DNA from: Desulfobacterales bacterium CG2_30_60_27
Lineage (GTDB): Bacteria; Desulfobacterota; Desulfobulbia; Desulfobulbales; CG2-30-60-27
Reading direction: 5' to 3'
DNA length: 49,332 bases
Assembly (NCBI GenBank): GCA_001873115.1
Contig: MNYK01000025.1
Location: forward strand, 1-49,332
The notes beneath the pieces were generated by a model. It did not search any database. It worked only from the letters and a program-made list of their open reading frames with translations, and was not told the DNA's origin. A program made the position numbers and the translations under genes. Below are positions 18,787 through 28,725 of the stretch, in pieces. The number at the start of each line of letters is the position of its first letter. Position 1 is the stretch's first letter.

Positions 18787-19920
18787 GTGACCTATCCCGT
18801 TCCCATGGCCCGCAGGAACCTGTTCCACGAACGGGTGCGGCTTGCCATCACCCTGGTGGGCATCGCCTTCTCGGTGGTGCTCATTTTGGTGCAGATGGGG
18901 GTCTACCTCGGCATGATGAACAACACCTCGTCGATCATCGACCATACCGAGGCCGACCTCTGGGTCACGGCCCGCCACAACTCCAACTTTGATTTTTCCC
19001 TGCCCTTTCCCGAGCACCGCGAGAACACGGCCAAGGGTGTGGAGGGCGTCCTCGGGGTGAAGAAATTCATCCTGGTCTGGTCGCTCATGAAACTCTCCGG
19101 CGGCGGCAGCGAGAACGTCGAGATCGTCGGCTTCGACCCGGAGACCGGCATAGGCGGCCCCTGGGAGATGGTGGCCGGAGAGGCCCGCGACGTCAAGTAC
19201 CCCAAGGGGGTGATCGTCGACGAGTCGAGCTTCGCCAAGCTCGGGAAGGCAGCGGTGGGCGACGACCGGGAAATCTACGGCTCGCGGGTGCGGGTGGTGG
19301 GCATCTGCAAGGGCGCCAAGCGGATCACCACCGCGCCCATCCTGTTCACCTCCTACAAGACCGCCCAGGAACTCAATCCCTGGATGGCGGGCAAGACCGT
19401 CTTCCTGCTGGTGAAAATCAAGCCCGGCGCCGACGTGGGCGCGGTACAGAAACGACTGCGGACGGTGATGAACCTGGAAGACGTTTACACCCAGGCGGAC
19501 TTTGCCTGGGCCACCAAGAAGTACTGGACCCTCAGCACCGGCATCGGCCTGGGCTTCGGCTTCACCATCCTCATGGCCATCTTCGTGGGCGCGGTGATCG
19601 TCAGCCAGACCATTTACAGCGCCACCATCGAGCACCTGCGCGAGTTCGGCACCCTGAAGGCCCTGGGCGCGGAAAACCGCACCGTGTATGGCATTATTCT
19701 GAAACAGGCGTTGCTCAGCGGCCTCATGGGCTATACCATCGGTCTGGTCATCAACCTGGTGATCACCGACCTTTATCGGCGCACCGGCCAGCTCGTGGTC
19801 CAGCCCTGGCAACTTTTCGTAGCCGACTTGATCGTCACCCTGCTGACCTGCGTGGCCGCCTCCATGATCTCGGTGCGCCGCGCCATGCAGGTGGACCCCA
19901 TGGAGGTCTTCCGGGCATGA
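18787..19920 (+). CDS. ABC exporter permease (FtsX/MacB/DevC-like)
   Basis: ARRNLFH, EFGTLKALGA, VDPMEVFR; GTG start after AGGAGAGG. Confidence 0.88.
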   Translation: MTYPVPMARRNLFHERVRLAITLVGIAFSVVLILVQMGVYLGMMNNTSSIIDHTEADLWVTARHNSNFDFSLPFPEHRENTAKGVEGVLGVKKFILVWSLMKLSGGGSENVEIVGFDPETGIGGPWEMVAGEARDVKYPKGVIVDESSFAKLGKAAVGDDREIYGSRVRVVGICKGAKRITTAPILFTSYKTAQELNPWMAGKTVFLLVKIKPGADVGAVQKRLRTVMNLEDVYTQADFAWATKKYWTLSTGIGLGFGFTILMAIFVGAVIVSQTIYSATIEHLREFGTLKALGAENRTVYGIILKQALLSGLMGYTIGLVINLVITDLYRRTGQLVVQPWQLFVADLIVTLLTCVAASMISVRRAMQVDPMEVFRA

Positions 19921-20597
19921 GCACCACCATGCTGGCCGTAACCGGGGTCAACAAGATCTACCAGAGCCACGCCACCCGGGTGGTGGCGGTGGAGGGGGCC
20001 TCGGCCGCCTTTGCCGCCGGCACGGTGACCGCCATCATGGGACCCTCGGGCAGCGGCAAGACCACCCTGCTCTCCATCCTCGGCCTCATCCTGAAACCCA
20101 GCAGCGGCCGGGTGACCCTCATGGGCCAGGACGTCACCGACCTGGACGAGTCGCAATTGCCAGCCTTGCGGCGCCAGCACATCGGCTTCATCTTTCAGTC
20201 GTTCAACCTCTTCGCCGCTCTCAACGCCATGGAGAACGTCCTGGTTTCCCTGCAACTCAAAAAGGTGGCGCGGCCTGCGGCCGAGGCCTCGGCCCGTGCG
20301 GCGTTGCACCGGGTGGGGTTGGAGCAACGGATGCACTTCTATCCCAGAGACCTGTCAGGCGGAGAGAAGCAGCGGGTCTCCATTGCCCGGGCCCTGGCCA
20401 CCAACGCGCCCATCATCCTGGCCGACGAACCCACCGCCAACCTCGACTCCCACACCGGGCTTGCGATCATCGACCTGCTGGCCGAACTGGCCCGGGAGCA
20501 TGGCAAAACCGTGGTGGTGGTAACCCACGACACCCGTCTGCAACAACATGTGGACCATACCCTGCGCATGGAGGACGGCCGCATCAATGAAAACTGA
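19917..20597 (+). CDS. ABC exporter ATP-binding protein (LolD/DevA-like)
   Basis: GPSGSGKT, LSGGEKQR, ILADEPT, VTHD. Confidence 0.95.
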   Translation: MSTTMLAVTGVNKIYQSHATRVVAVEGASAAFAAGTVTAIMGPSGSGKTTLLSILGLILKPSSGRVTLMGQDVTDLDESQLPALRRQHIGFIFQSFNLFAALNAMENVLVSLQLKKVARPAAEASARAALHRVGLEQRMHFYPRDLSGGEKQRVSIARALATNAPIILADEPTANLDSHTGLAIIDLLAELAREHGKTVVVVTHDTRLQQHVDHTLRMEDGRINEN

Positions 20598-21594
20598 ACA
20601 ACTACTCTGCAAGGCCCTGTTGGTCGTGCTCCTGCTGGCCGGCTGTTCCGCCCCGCCCAAGCCGCCCGACCAGCAAACGGCCGGCCGGCCCAAGGTTGCG
20701 TCGGTGTATGCTTACGGCATCATCGAGGCGCGCCACCACTCCACCCTGAGCGCCAAATTTCCGGGCAAACTCGAAGAGATCCTGGTGAAAGAGGGCGATG
20801 TGGTGCAACGCGGCCAGTTGCTGGCCCGCTTCGAGTCCCGCGAACTGGAGGCGCAGCTTGCCGCGGCCCGGGCCGACGTGCGGGTGGCCGAAGCGACCCT
20901 GGCCGAGGCCCGGGCCGGCTTCCGGCCCCAAGAGATCACCGAGGCCGAGGAACAGTACAAGGCCGCCGTGGCCCAGCTCACCAAGACCGAACTGGACTGG
21001 CAGCGCCACGACAAACTCCATAGTGACGGGGTGCTGGCGGCCAGCGACTGGGATCAGACCAAGATGGCGCGCGACCAGGCCGAGGCGGCCCACAACGCCG
21101 CCCAGGCCAGGCTGAACCTGGTGCAACAGGGCACCCGGCCGGAAACCCTGGCCACGCTGACCCGCCGCCTGGAGCTGGCCCGGGCCCGGGTGGGCCAGGC
21201 CGAGGCGGCCCTGGCCAACGCCCAGCTCACCGCGCCCTTTAACGGCACCATCACCCGCAAGCACCGCGAGGAGGGCGAGGCCATGGACATCGGCCTGCCG
21301 GTGCTGGACATCAGCACCCTTGACGACCGTTACGTACGCACGGAGATCGACGAAACCGACCTGGGCAAGATCCGCCTGGGCCAGCAGACGACAATCTCCG
21401 CCACCGGCTTCCCGGACCTGTGCTTCACCGGCCAGGTCACGGCCATCCGCCAGCAGATGGGCCGCAAGCAGCTCATCCCCACCGACCCGGCCAAAATCGT
21501 CGACTACAAAGTCCTGGAGATCGAGGTTTCCCTGCCAGCGGAGTGCCCCTTTCCCATCAAGCTGCCGGTTGATGTGCGTATTGCCTTGGAGTGA
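20587..21594 (+). CDS. HlyD-family membrane fusion lipoprotein
   Basis: Lipobox LAGC, VKEGDVVQRGQLL, long coiled coil, LTAPFNGTI. Confidence 0.9.
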   Translation: MKTEQLLCKALLVVLLLAGCSAPPKPPDQQTAGRPKVASVYAYGIIEARHHSTLSAKFPGKLEEILVKEGDVVQRGQLLARFESRELEAQLAAARADVRVAEATLAEARAGFRPQEITEAEEQYKAAVAQLTKTELDWQRHDKLHSDGVLAASDWDQTKMARDQAEAAHNAAQARLNLVQQGTRPETLATLTRRLELARARVGQAEAALANAQLTAPFNGTITRKHREEGEAMDIGLPVLDISTLDDRYVRTEIDETDLGKIRLGQQTTISATGFPDLCFTGQVTAIRQQMGRKQLIPTDPAKIVDYKVLEIEVSLPAECPFPIKLPVDVRIALE

Positions 21595-21659
21595 GCCGGC
21601 TCATTTTCGCCAGCGGCGGTGCGGAACCGCGGTACGTTGTTGTCTCAGTTGACAAACCT

Positions 21660-21933
21660 GGGGCTACTCTCCGGGATCAAGCACCAAACACACTTCCAGA
21701 AACTGCGCAATCATCCGCGGGCCTTTCCCGATCTTGAACTGACCACCCGTGATTACGAGACTGCCGCTGCATTCTTCAACCTTTGCCGTGGCAAGGGAAT
21801 CCAATGATCAAATACCGACTTTCTCATCTGCGCCGTTGCGGCGCGGCGCAACATCCCCATATTTACCACGGATGGGGATTTCACCCTGTTGCAGCCCCAC
21901 CTGCCAATTACGCTCCACTGCCCCCGTCCCTGA
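21660..21933 (+). pseudogene. VapC/PIN toxin remnant, 5'-truncated, internal stop
   Basis: One frame reads LLSGIK...NLCRGKGIQ*SNTDFLICAVA...IFTTDGDF; TGA at 21805-21807; no N-terminal PIN Asp motif, no antitoxin. Confidence 0.75.
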
Positions 21934-21986
21934 ACGAAAAAACACAGTTCGAAGCAACGGCCCCAAAGTCTACCAAAGTCCCTTTT

Positions 21987-22027
21987 ATCCTTGCAAATCA
22001 AAAACTATTATTTTAGTTTGCAAGGAT
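21987..22027 (+). promoter_or_regulatory. Promoter overlapped by palindrome, probably leaderless
   Basis: ATCCTTGCAAA...TTTGCAAGGAT; TTGCAA-N17-TAGTTT ends 6 nt before the ATG; no SD. Confidence 0.55.
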
Positions 22028-23204
22028 GATTGCACGACTTATCATTAGCAGAATCGAAGCGGCCTTGCAACGGCAAGCTGCCGTGGCACTAATTGGTCCC
22101 CGACAGGTTGGTAAGACCACCCTGGCCTTGAAGCTGGCGGAGGACCGGCCGGCCATCTACCTGGATCTCGAATCCAGGCCCGACCGGGACCGGTTGCGGG
22201 AGCCGGAGCTTTTCCTGAAGCTCCATGAGGACAAGCTGGTTATTCTCGATGAAATCCACCGGGCGCCGGAGCTTTTCCAAACCCTGCGCAGCCTGATCGA
22301 TCAGGGGCGCCGCCGCGGCAAACGCACCGGCCGCTTCCTGATCCTGGGTTCCGCCTCCGTCGATCTTTTGCGCCAGTCCAGCGAGAGCCTGGCCGGACGG
22401 ATCGAATATATCGACATGGCCCCTCTGCATCTGCTGGAAGTAAAAAATGACGGGCAGACCAGGAACCGTCTGTGGCTGCGGGGTGGTTTCCCCGACAGCT
22501 TTCTGGCCGCCAATGACGCGGACAGCTTCCAACTGCGCCGGAGTTTTATCCGCACCTGCCTGGAACGTGATGTGGCCCAGTTCGGCCCCAGGATTCCGGC
22601 CGAAACCCTGGAACGGCTTTGGACCATGCTGGCGCACAACCAGGCCACCTTGCTCAATGCCTCCAGGCTGGCCGCGGGTCTAACGGTGAGCGCCCCGACC
22701 GTCACCAGCTACATCAGCCTGCTGGTCGATCTACTTCTGGTGCGCCGGCTCATGCCGGTCCATGCCAATGTCGGCAAACGGTTGGTTAAGTCGCCCAAGA
22801 CCTACGTCCGCGACAGTGGCCTCGTGCATGCGCTGCTCGGTATCGGAGAGATGCATGCGCTGCTGGGACATCCGGTGGTTGGGGCAAGTTGGGAAGGCTT
22901 CGTGATCGAAACCCTGCTTGGCCTGGCGCCGGCGCGGGCCGTGGCCGGTTTCTACCGGACCGCGGCCGGGGCGGAGATCGATCTGGTCCTGGAATTCGGC
23001 GGCAACACCGGCACCTGGGCGATTGAGATCAAGCACGGTCTTACCGCCCGGCTGGAACGGGGATTTTACCACGCCCTGGAAGACCTGCAGCCGTCCCGGG
23101 CACTGGTTGTCCATGCCGGAGAGAACCGCTACCCCGTATCCGCCGAAATCGAGGCCATCGGCCTCGGGGAGTTGGCTGGAGAGATTGCCGCCCTTGGGGC
23201 GTAG
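22026..23204 (+). CDS. AAA+ ATPase (AAA_14) with DUF4143 domain
   Basis: GPRQVGKT, ILDEIH, LILGSAS, ESLAGRI, RGGFP, KSPKTYVRDSG, EIDLVL...AIEIK. Confidence 0.92.
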   Translation: MIARLIISRIEAALQRQAAVALIGPRQVGKTTLALKLAEDRPAIYLDLESRPDRDRLREPELFLKLHEDKLVILDEIHRAPELFQTLRSLIDQGRRRGKRTGRFLILGSASVDLLRQSSESLAGRIEYIDMAPLHLLEVKNDGQTRNRLWLRGGFPDSFLAANDADSFQLRRSFIRTCLERDVAQFGPRIPAETLERLWTMLAHNQATLLNASRLAAGLTVSAPTVTSYISLLVDLLLVRRLMPVHANVGKRLVKSPKTYVRDSGLVHALLGIGEMHALLGHPVVGASWEGFVIETLLGLAPARAVAGFYRTAAGAEIDLVLEFGGNTGTWAIEIKHGLTARLERGFYHALEDLQPSRALVVHAGENRYPVSAEIEAIGLGELAGEIAALGA

Positions 23205-23227
23205 GGGGTCACCTTGCTCCTTGCCAC

Positions 23228-25387
23228 TTACTTGAAGAACCCGCCCAGCAGCCGCTGCACCTCCGCATCCCGCAGCATCTGTTTCGTGAGTTGATAGCCC
23301 AGCTCCCGGTAGGCCTCGAACTGGGCCTCGTCAAAGAACTGGTCCGTGGTGGGCTGGTCCGGAAAGGTGGGGTGGCCGCTCTTGTAGCCGTGGATATCGG
23401 TCGGCAGATCATTGATCAAGGTGGGTTTCAGGTAGAGCAGGATACCGTTGGCAGCCGGGTCATGCCGGTCATAGAGGATATCGGCAATGGCAAAACCCCG
23501 TTTCGCCGACCGGTATTTCTTTTGCCAGGGCCCGGCGCCGCCAGAACCGGGCAGGATCCCCGCCAGGTCGCAGTCTTGATCGCTTCTAAAACGAATCTGC
23601 ACGCCAAAATCGACCCGCACCCGCTCCACCGCGTTGGCCAGATCATCAAAGATATAGCCGGGATCGGCCCCGCCATCGGCGAGGACGATCAGTTGCACCC
23701 GGCGCCGAATCAGTTCGTAGAGGCCGAGATTTTCGAAATGGCCGCCGTCGGTCAGCTCGATGAAGGTGCTGTTTTCATGAGAGCCGCAACCGAACACGCC
23801 CTGGAACAAACCTGGCACCAGATAGTTAGGACCCAAGGGGATTCTTTTCCTCTTGTCCGGCCGCAGGGTCCAGTAACCGAGGCGCAGGTTCAACAGTGAC
23901 ATCAGAGTAGAGACCAGTTTATTGCGGGTCACCCCCTTGCCCGCCACCCCGGAGTTGGGGTTGGCGGCCGCCCCGGAGATGGTCATGGCCGTGGCCAGGG
24001 TCATGCCGCTCCGGCTGCTCATCCCGGTGTTGGCAAAATCCTCGGTCGGGCAGTAGCCGGTGGCGTAGCTGCCGCAGAACAGGGGAGACAGCAGGAAAGA
24101 GTCGCCGCCCCGGCCGCGGTAGCGGGAATCGGCCGAGTCCACCAGCACCACGTTGGCATTGATCAACTGGTACGGCCAGGCGCCGTTTCTGCTCACCTCC
24201 CGTACCTCCGCGAGCAGGGCGACGTTGGCCCGGGTGGCCGGACCCCATTGCTTGGCCGCCACGCAATCCGCGTCGGGCAGAAAGACCTCCATGAGGCGGT
24301 CCCTGTACATCCGGTGCAGGCCGGCATAGTTCAGGTTCACCACGAACCCGAAGAAAAGGGTGGCCGCGCCGAGCCAGCCGAATAACGCCCCATCGGGCAA
24401 CCGCGCGGCCACCATATAGGCGGCCAGCAGCAGACCGTACACCAGAAAGAAGGCGCCAGCCGCCGCCTGGGCCACCTGCGGCGTGGCGGCCTCATCTGCC
24501 TTGCCCTGGGAAGATTGCTTGCGGGACTGGATAAAACCGAGCAGTGCCCCGACAGCCGTGCACAGGCCGGCAATTGTCACCTTCCGCCAGAATTGCCCAA
24601 GCAGGCCAAGGGTAGAGGGCAGGGAGCCAATAAGGACCAGGAGCAGGATAAGCTTGCAACACCGCCCGAAGAGCTTTTGGGTCATGATGAAAAAACGGTA
24701 CTTGGCCTGCGCGCCGATCTTCCATGCACACAGCACCGAAAAAACCAGGCTGGCGCCGCCGAGGGCAATGGCAAGGCCGAGGGCCAGCAGCAGAAAATAA
24801 TTGAGGGTAAGCGGCCCTTGCAGCGGGATCCACAAGATATCCCTGAGGGTTGCTTCCGCGAAGGCGCCGCCCTGATCCAATAGTTTCAGGGCCAGAATGG
24901 CCAGACAAAAATAAACGGCCAGGGAAACGAACATCGACCGCAGCACCAAGGCCAGCAGGGCAACCAGGTCCAGACCATGCTGGGGGGTAAGATAGTTGCC
25001 ATGCTGCCGGATGAAATCCAGGAACTGGTTATAGCTGCTCTTTTCGGTTCGCGCCCCGATACCCTTCATCCCCAGCGGCGCGCTGGCCCCAACCGGTGGC
25101 GCGCCAGCCCCAAGCTGATGCACGAACCAGGTCAGCGCGGTGCCGATGTAGCCGCCCCCGGAAACGGTGGAGAGATAATCGAATTTCCGGAGCAGCCCAT
25201 GTGATTCACGGTTGTAGCCGGCATAGAGCGCCTGCATAAGCCCGAGCCCGAAGGAAGCGGAGCGGATGCCGCCGCCGGAAAGGGCCAGGCCGGTCAAGGG
25301 CTCCCCCGTGTCCTGCTCGCGGATATGGCGCCGCTCGGCCGCGATAATCTCTTTGATTTTTTCATCGATACCGTCTTGCTGGTTCAT
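23228..25387 (-). CDS. Patatin-like phospholipase with central membrane region
   Basis: LALSGGGIRSA, STVSGG, LTDGGHFENLG; start set by GAGGAGG RBS, not the ORF-track start. Confidence 0.85.
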   Translation of the reverse strand: MNQQDGIDEKIKEIIAAERRHIREQDTGEPLTGLALSGGGIRSASFGLGLMQALYAGYNRESHGLLRKFDYLSTVSGGGYIGTALTWFVHQLGAGAPPVGASAPLGMKGIGARTEKSSYNQFLDFIRQHGNYLTPQHGLDLVALLALVLRSMFVSLAVYFCLAILALKLLDQGGAFAEATLRDILWIPLQGPLTLNYFLLLALGLAIALGGASLVFSVLCAWKIGAQAKYRFFIMTQKLFGRCCKLILLLVLIGSLPSTLGLLGQFWRKVTIAGLCTAVGALLGFIQSRKQSSQGKADEAATPQVAQAAAGAFFLVYGLLLAAYMVAARLPDGALFGWLGAATLFFGFVVNLNYAGLHRMYRDRLMEVFLPDADCVAAKQWGPATRANVALLAEVREVSRNGAWPYQLINANVVLVDSADSRYRGRGGDSFLLSPLFCGSYATGYCPTEDFANTGMSSRSGMTLATAMTISGAAANPNSGVAGKGVTRNKLVSTLMSLLNLRLGYWTLRPDKRKRIPLGPNYLVPGLFQGVFGCGSHENSTFIELTDGGHFENLGLYELIRRRVQLIVLADGGADPGYIFDDLANAVERVRVDFGVQIRFRSDQDCDLAGILPGSGGAGPWQKKYRSAKRGFAIADILYDRHDPAANGILLYLKPTLINDLPTDIHGYKSGHPTFPDQPTTDQFFDEAQFEAYRELGYQLTKQMLRDAEVQRLLGGFFK

Positions 25388-25529
25388 TTCCATCCTCCTC
25401 AGGAAAATGGTTGCCACCAGCAACCTGTAAACCCGAGCCGGAAGACGCGTCAAGGAAAAAGTGTTAGGGGAAAGCCGCGTCGCTGGTCCCAGCCTGTTCC
25501 ACCACGCCACTCCTCTCCGGAAAAAAAGA

Positions 25530-25558
25530 TTGACAATTGCCACCCTCTCAAATATATA
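25530..25558 (+). promoter_or_regulatory. Sigma-70 promoter for rpsU-xerD
   Basis: TTGACA-N17-TATATA. Confidence 0.6.
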
Positions 25559-25624
25559 AGGTGATTCACTCCCACACCGCCGGGTGAGGGGAGATAAGGC
25601 TATCCAAAGGAGCGTAATTCCAAC

Positions 25625-25822
25625 ATGGCGATTGAAATCGAAGTACGTGGTGACATTGAGCAGGCCATGCGCCTGCTGAAGAAGAAACTTCAGCTTGACG
25701 GTATCAAGAAGGAACTGAAACGGCGCGAGTGCTACGAAAAGCCCTCGATCAAGCGCCGCCGCAAGCAGGAAGAGGCGAAGCGCAAGCTGCGCAAGCTCGC
25801 CATGCGCCAGACCACGGAGTAA
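25625..25822 (+). CDS. rpsU: 30S ribosomal protein S21
   Basis: IEQAMRLLKKK...RRECYEKPSIKRRRK; AAGGAG RBS. Confidence 0.95.
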   Translation: MAIEIEVRGDIEQAMRLLKKKLQLDGIKKELKRRECYEKPSIKRRRKQEEAKRKLRKLAMRQTTE

Positions 25823-25834
25823 GCCCATTCTCCC

Positions 25835-26791
25835 ATGAAAACCCGGCGAAGAATGGCGGCCGGCCGTTCGCCATCGCCACGTTCCAAGCGCGCCGCCCGG
25901 CCACTGGAACTGCTCCAGGATGAATTTCTGCACTACCTGGCCGCCGAGCGCCGGTTGGCGGCCAACACCGTCATCTCCTACCAGGCCGATCTCGCCGCTT
26001 TTCTCACCTTCCTGGGGCAGCGCGACATACACCAGGCCGAGGCCATCGCCGTTGACCATATCCGCGACTACCTCGCCCACGGCCGGGCCCGCCAGCTTTC
26101 CAGCCGCACCTTGGGCCGCCACATCTGTACCCTGCGCGCCTTCTGCCGCTTTCTTCTGGCCGAAGGCCATATCCAGGTAGACCCCACCGGCCTGATAGAC
26201 CACCCTAAATCCGGCCGCAAACTTCCCCATGTCCTCACCGAGGCAGAGGTCAACGAACTGCTGGCCGTAAGCCCCGGCCTGCACCCCCTGGCACTACGCA
26301 ACACCGCCATGCTCCACCTGCTCTACGCCACCGGCATGCGGGTCTCGGAACTGGTGAAACTACCAACCGCGGCAGTGAACCTGGTGGCCGGCTATATCCG
26401 GGTGCTCGGCAAGGGGTCCAAGGAACGCCTCATCCCCTTTGGCGAGGAGACGCGGGCCCGTCTTAACGACTATATCCGCCAGGGCCGGCCGCTACTTATG
26501 AAGCGGCGGACCAGCGATTTCCTGTTCGTCACCAACCGGGGCACGGCCATGAGCCGGCTGCGTTTCTGGCAGATCATCCGGGAACGAGCCCTCATTACCG
26601 GCATCACCAAGAAGATAAGCCCCCACCTGCTACGCCACTCCTTTGCCACCCATCTCCTCCAGCACGGCGCCGATCTCCGCTCGGTGCAGATCATGCTGGG
26701 CCACGCCGACATCGCCACCACCCAGATCTACACCCATGTGGATCGTGACCGCTTAAAAGCGGTGCACGCGCGTTTTCATCCTCGGGGATGA
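25835..26791 (+). CDS. xerD: Site-specific tyrosine recombinase XerD
   Basis: [56 protein letters not shown] end. Confidence 0.92.
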   Translation: MKTRRRMAAGRSPSPRSKRAARPLELLQDEFLHYLAAERRLAANTVISYQADLAAFLTFLGQRDIHQAEAIAVDHIRDYLAHGRARQLSSRTLGRHICTLRAFCRFLLAEGHIQVDPTGLIDHPKSGRKLPHVLTEAEVNELLAVSPGLHPLALRNTAMLHLLYATGMRVSELVKLPTAAVNLVAGYIRVLGKGSKERLIPFGEETRARLNDYIRQGRPLLMKRRTSDFLFVTNRGTAMSRLRFWQIIRERALITGITKKISPHLLRHSFATHLLQHGADLRSVQIMLGHADIATTQIYTHVDRDRLKAVHARFHPRG

Positions 26792-26842
26792 AAACGCAGC
26801 TCAAGGCTGAAAGCTGGTGGAACTTCTCGAAATTAAATCCGT

Positions 26843-28015
26843 TCAGCCAGAATGATGAAGATGCCTCAGGAGATGTGGCAGGGGTGCGACCATTACCCCC
26901 TGTTTGTAGGGATAGGCCTCTTGCACCGGGGCAATGATCCAGGCTTCCCGAATGGCCAAGGCTTCAAGGGCACTCCAGAAACCGCGCTCAACACCGGGCG
27001 AGGTGGAGGCCTTGCACTCCACGGCAATCTTCCTGTTCCCCTTTTCCAGAATAAGATCGATTTCCGCGCCCGAGGCGGTCCGGAAAAATGAGGCCCGCCA
27101 GCGGGGCAGGGAGGCGATGATCGTCTCCAGGGCAAAACTTTCCCAGGATGCACCGTAGGCGGGATGCCCCAGGAGATCGTTTTGCGACTCGATGTCAAGA
27201 AGCGCGTGCAGCAGTCCGGTATCCCTGACAAACAGCTTTGGTGATTTGATAAGCCGCTTTTTCAGATTCGCCTCGTGAGGACGGAGCACGCGCACCAGAA
27301 ACGTCCGCTCCAGCAGGTCAACATAGGAGCGGATCGTATGATGACTAACCCCAAGGGACTCGCCAAGTTTCGAACCGTTTAATAATTGGCCCTGCACATG
27401 GGCGCACATCTGCCAAAAACGTTCCATCCGTTTGGCATCGAGGTTATACCCGAGCTGCGGGATGTCGCGTTCAAGAAAGGTTCTGATAAAATCAAGCCGC
27501 CACTCAAAGCTCTCCCGTTCGTCCAGCGCAAGGTAACTGCGTGGAAACCCACCACGCAGCCAGAGATTTCTGAGCATAGCGAGATCGCCGTCTGGCGCGG
27601 CCTCCGGCAGCAGAAAGGGCGTCAACTCAAGATAGGCGATGCGGCCGGCCAGGGTCTCGGAGGTCTGCCGGAGCAGTTCGGGTGAGGCAGACCCCAGCAG
27701 GAGGAATTGTCCATTTCTTTTCTGTGCATCGACGCATGCCCTGATCTGCGGGAACAAGGCCGGCTGCCGCTGGATTTCATCAAGGCAGATGAGGCTTTCC
27801 GCATTAAGCTGAAAAAACGCCTCGGGATCCCTGAGTTTGTTCAGGTCGGAAGCACGCTCAAGGTCAAGATGAACCACCTTGCCGCCCTGGGAGGTGACTA
27901 CCTGCGCCAACGTAGATTTGCCGCATTGCCTGGGGCCGAGCACGGCGACCACCGGCATGGTGCGGAGCTTTCGCTCCAAGTCTGCCGTGAGTGCGCGGGG
28001 GATGTAAGTTTGCAT
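26843..28015 (-). CDS. AAA+ ATPase (AAA_14) with DUF4143 domain, second paralog
   Basis: GPRQCGKS, CLDEIQ, ETLAGRI, RGGFP, KSPKLFVRDTG, EIDLIL...AVECK; start MQTYIPR. Confidence 0.92.
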   Translation of the reverse strand: MQTYIPRALTADLERKLRTMPVVAVLGPRQCGKSTLAQVVTSQGGKVVHLDLERASDLNKLRDPEAFFQLNAESLICLDEIQRQPALFPQIRACVDAQKRNGQFLLLGSASPELLRQTSETLAGRIAYLELTPFLLPEAAPDGDLAMLRNLWLRGGFPRSYLALDERESFEWRLDFIRTFLERDIPQLGYNLDAKRMERFWQMCAHVQGQLLNGSKLGESLGVSHHTIRSYVDLLERTFLVRVLRPHEANLKKRLIKSPKLFVRDTGLLHALLDIESQNDLLGHPAYGASWESFALETIIASLPRWRASFFRTASGAEIDLILEKGNRKIAVECKASTSPGVERGFWSALEALAIREAWIIAPVQEAYPYKQGVMVAPLPHLLRHLHHSG

Positions 28016-28067
28016 ATTGGAACAATAGCTTCCAATATACAGAAGAGCAAGAGGTAAAATGAGAGAG

Positions 28068-28170
28068 ACGCAGCTCAAAGGTGAAAGGTGAAAGCGCAAA
28101 GCAAAAGATAGAAGAATAGGATAAACTAGAAACAAGCCAGCTCTTCCTTTCACCTTTCAGCTTTGAGCTC
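28068..28170. repeat. Heptamer-type repeats (AGCTCAA/AGGTGAA/AGCTGAA) forming an inverted repeat; related copy at 26794-26814
   Basis: AGCTCAAAGGTGAAAGGTGAAAG ... CTTTCACCTTTCAGCTTTGAGCT. Confidence 0.7.
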
Positions 28171-28174
28171 AACC

Positions 28175-28266
28175 CATGGAAGTCATCACCTCTCATCTCA
28201 ACGCCGACTTCGACAGCCTGGCCGCCATGGTGGCGGCTCGGAAGCTGTATCCCGACGCGGTGCTGG
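28175..28266 (+). repeat. 92-bp direct duplicate of the 5' end of the tRNA nucleotidyltransferase gene (29900-29991)
   Basis: Identical except one synonymous TTC/TTT change; upstream copy stops at TAA 28272-28274. Confidence 0.95.
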
Positions 28267-28455
28267 GGGCGTAAATGCGGGACGTACTTCAGATTATAAG
28301 TTTCGGTCGAAATGCGGGGCGTGTTGAACAAAAATGATAGGGTTGATAGGTGCTTTTTCAGCTCAATCCGCGCTCAGCCACATGTCCCTCTGCTCCGGTA
28401 CTTGCAGCACGATTTTAAATTGACAATCCGAAACGCTACGCTATACACTATGGCT

Positions 28456-28725
28456 ATGATCAAATCATTTCGGCACAAAGGACTGCAAGTTTTCTTTGAG
28501 ACCGGCAGCAAGGCAGGCTTACAACCACATCATGCGTCAAAGTTGAAACGGCAGTTAGTGCGCTTGGACCTTTCCAAAAATCCAAGCGACATGAATGTGC
28601 CGGGCTGGAGACTGCACCAGTTGGCAACCGGACATTGGTCGATATGGGTGAATGGCAATTGGCGAATGACGTTCGATTTTGATGGTGAGGACGCCGTGCT
28701 GATTGATTACCAGGACTACCATTAG
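28456..28725 (+). CDS. higB: HigB-like toxin (RelE superfamily, plasmid maintenance killer)
   Basis: MIKSFRHKGL, PGWRLHQL, WSIWVNGNWRMTF, DYQDYH; TTGACA-N18-TACACT upstream; alternative start 28450. Confidence 0.92.
   Translation: MIKSFRHKGLQVFFETGSKAGLQPHHASKLKRQLVRLDLSKNPSDMNVPGWRLHQLATGHWSIWVNGNWRMTFDFDGEDAVLIDYQDYH

Noticed and set aside
21805-21807. In-frame TGA as selenocysteine
   Set aside because: Position fits Gly in VapC-like GIQGS and the gene is already truncated
25388-26284. N-terminal ~300 aa of the 1018-aa minus-strand ORF
   Set aside because: Antisense to rpsU and xerD; the patatin start with RBS is at 25387
25835-26791. Tyrosine recombinase as phage or integron integrase
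   Set aside because: Typical XerD sequence in housekeeping context; no phage genes or attC array seen
28286-28313. 28-bp ACTTCAGATTA-TAAGTT-TCGGTCGAAAT as a dif site
   Set aside because: Right arm matches TTATGTTAAAT at only 5 of 11 positions and the second copy is worse
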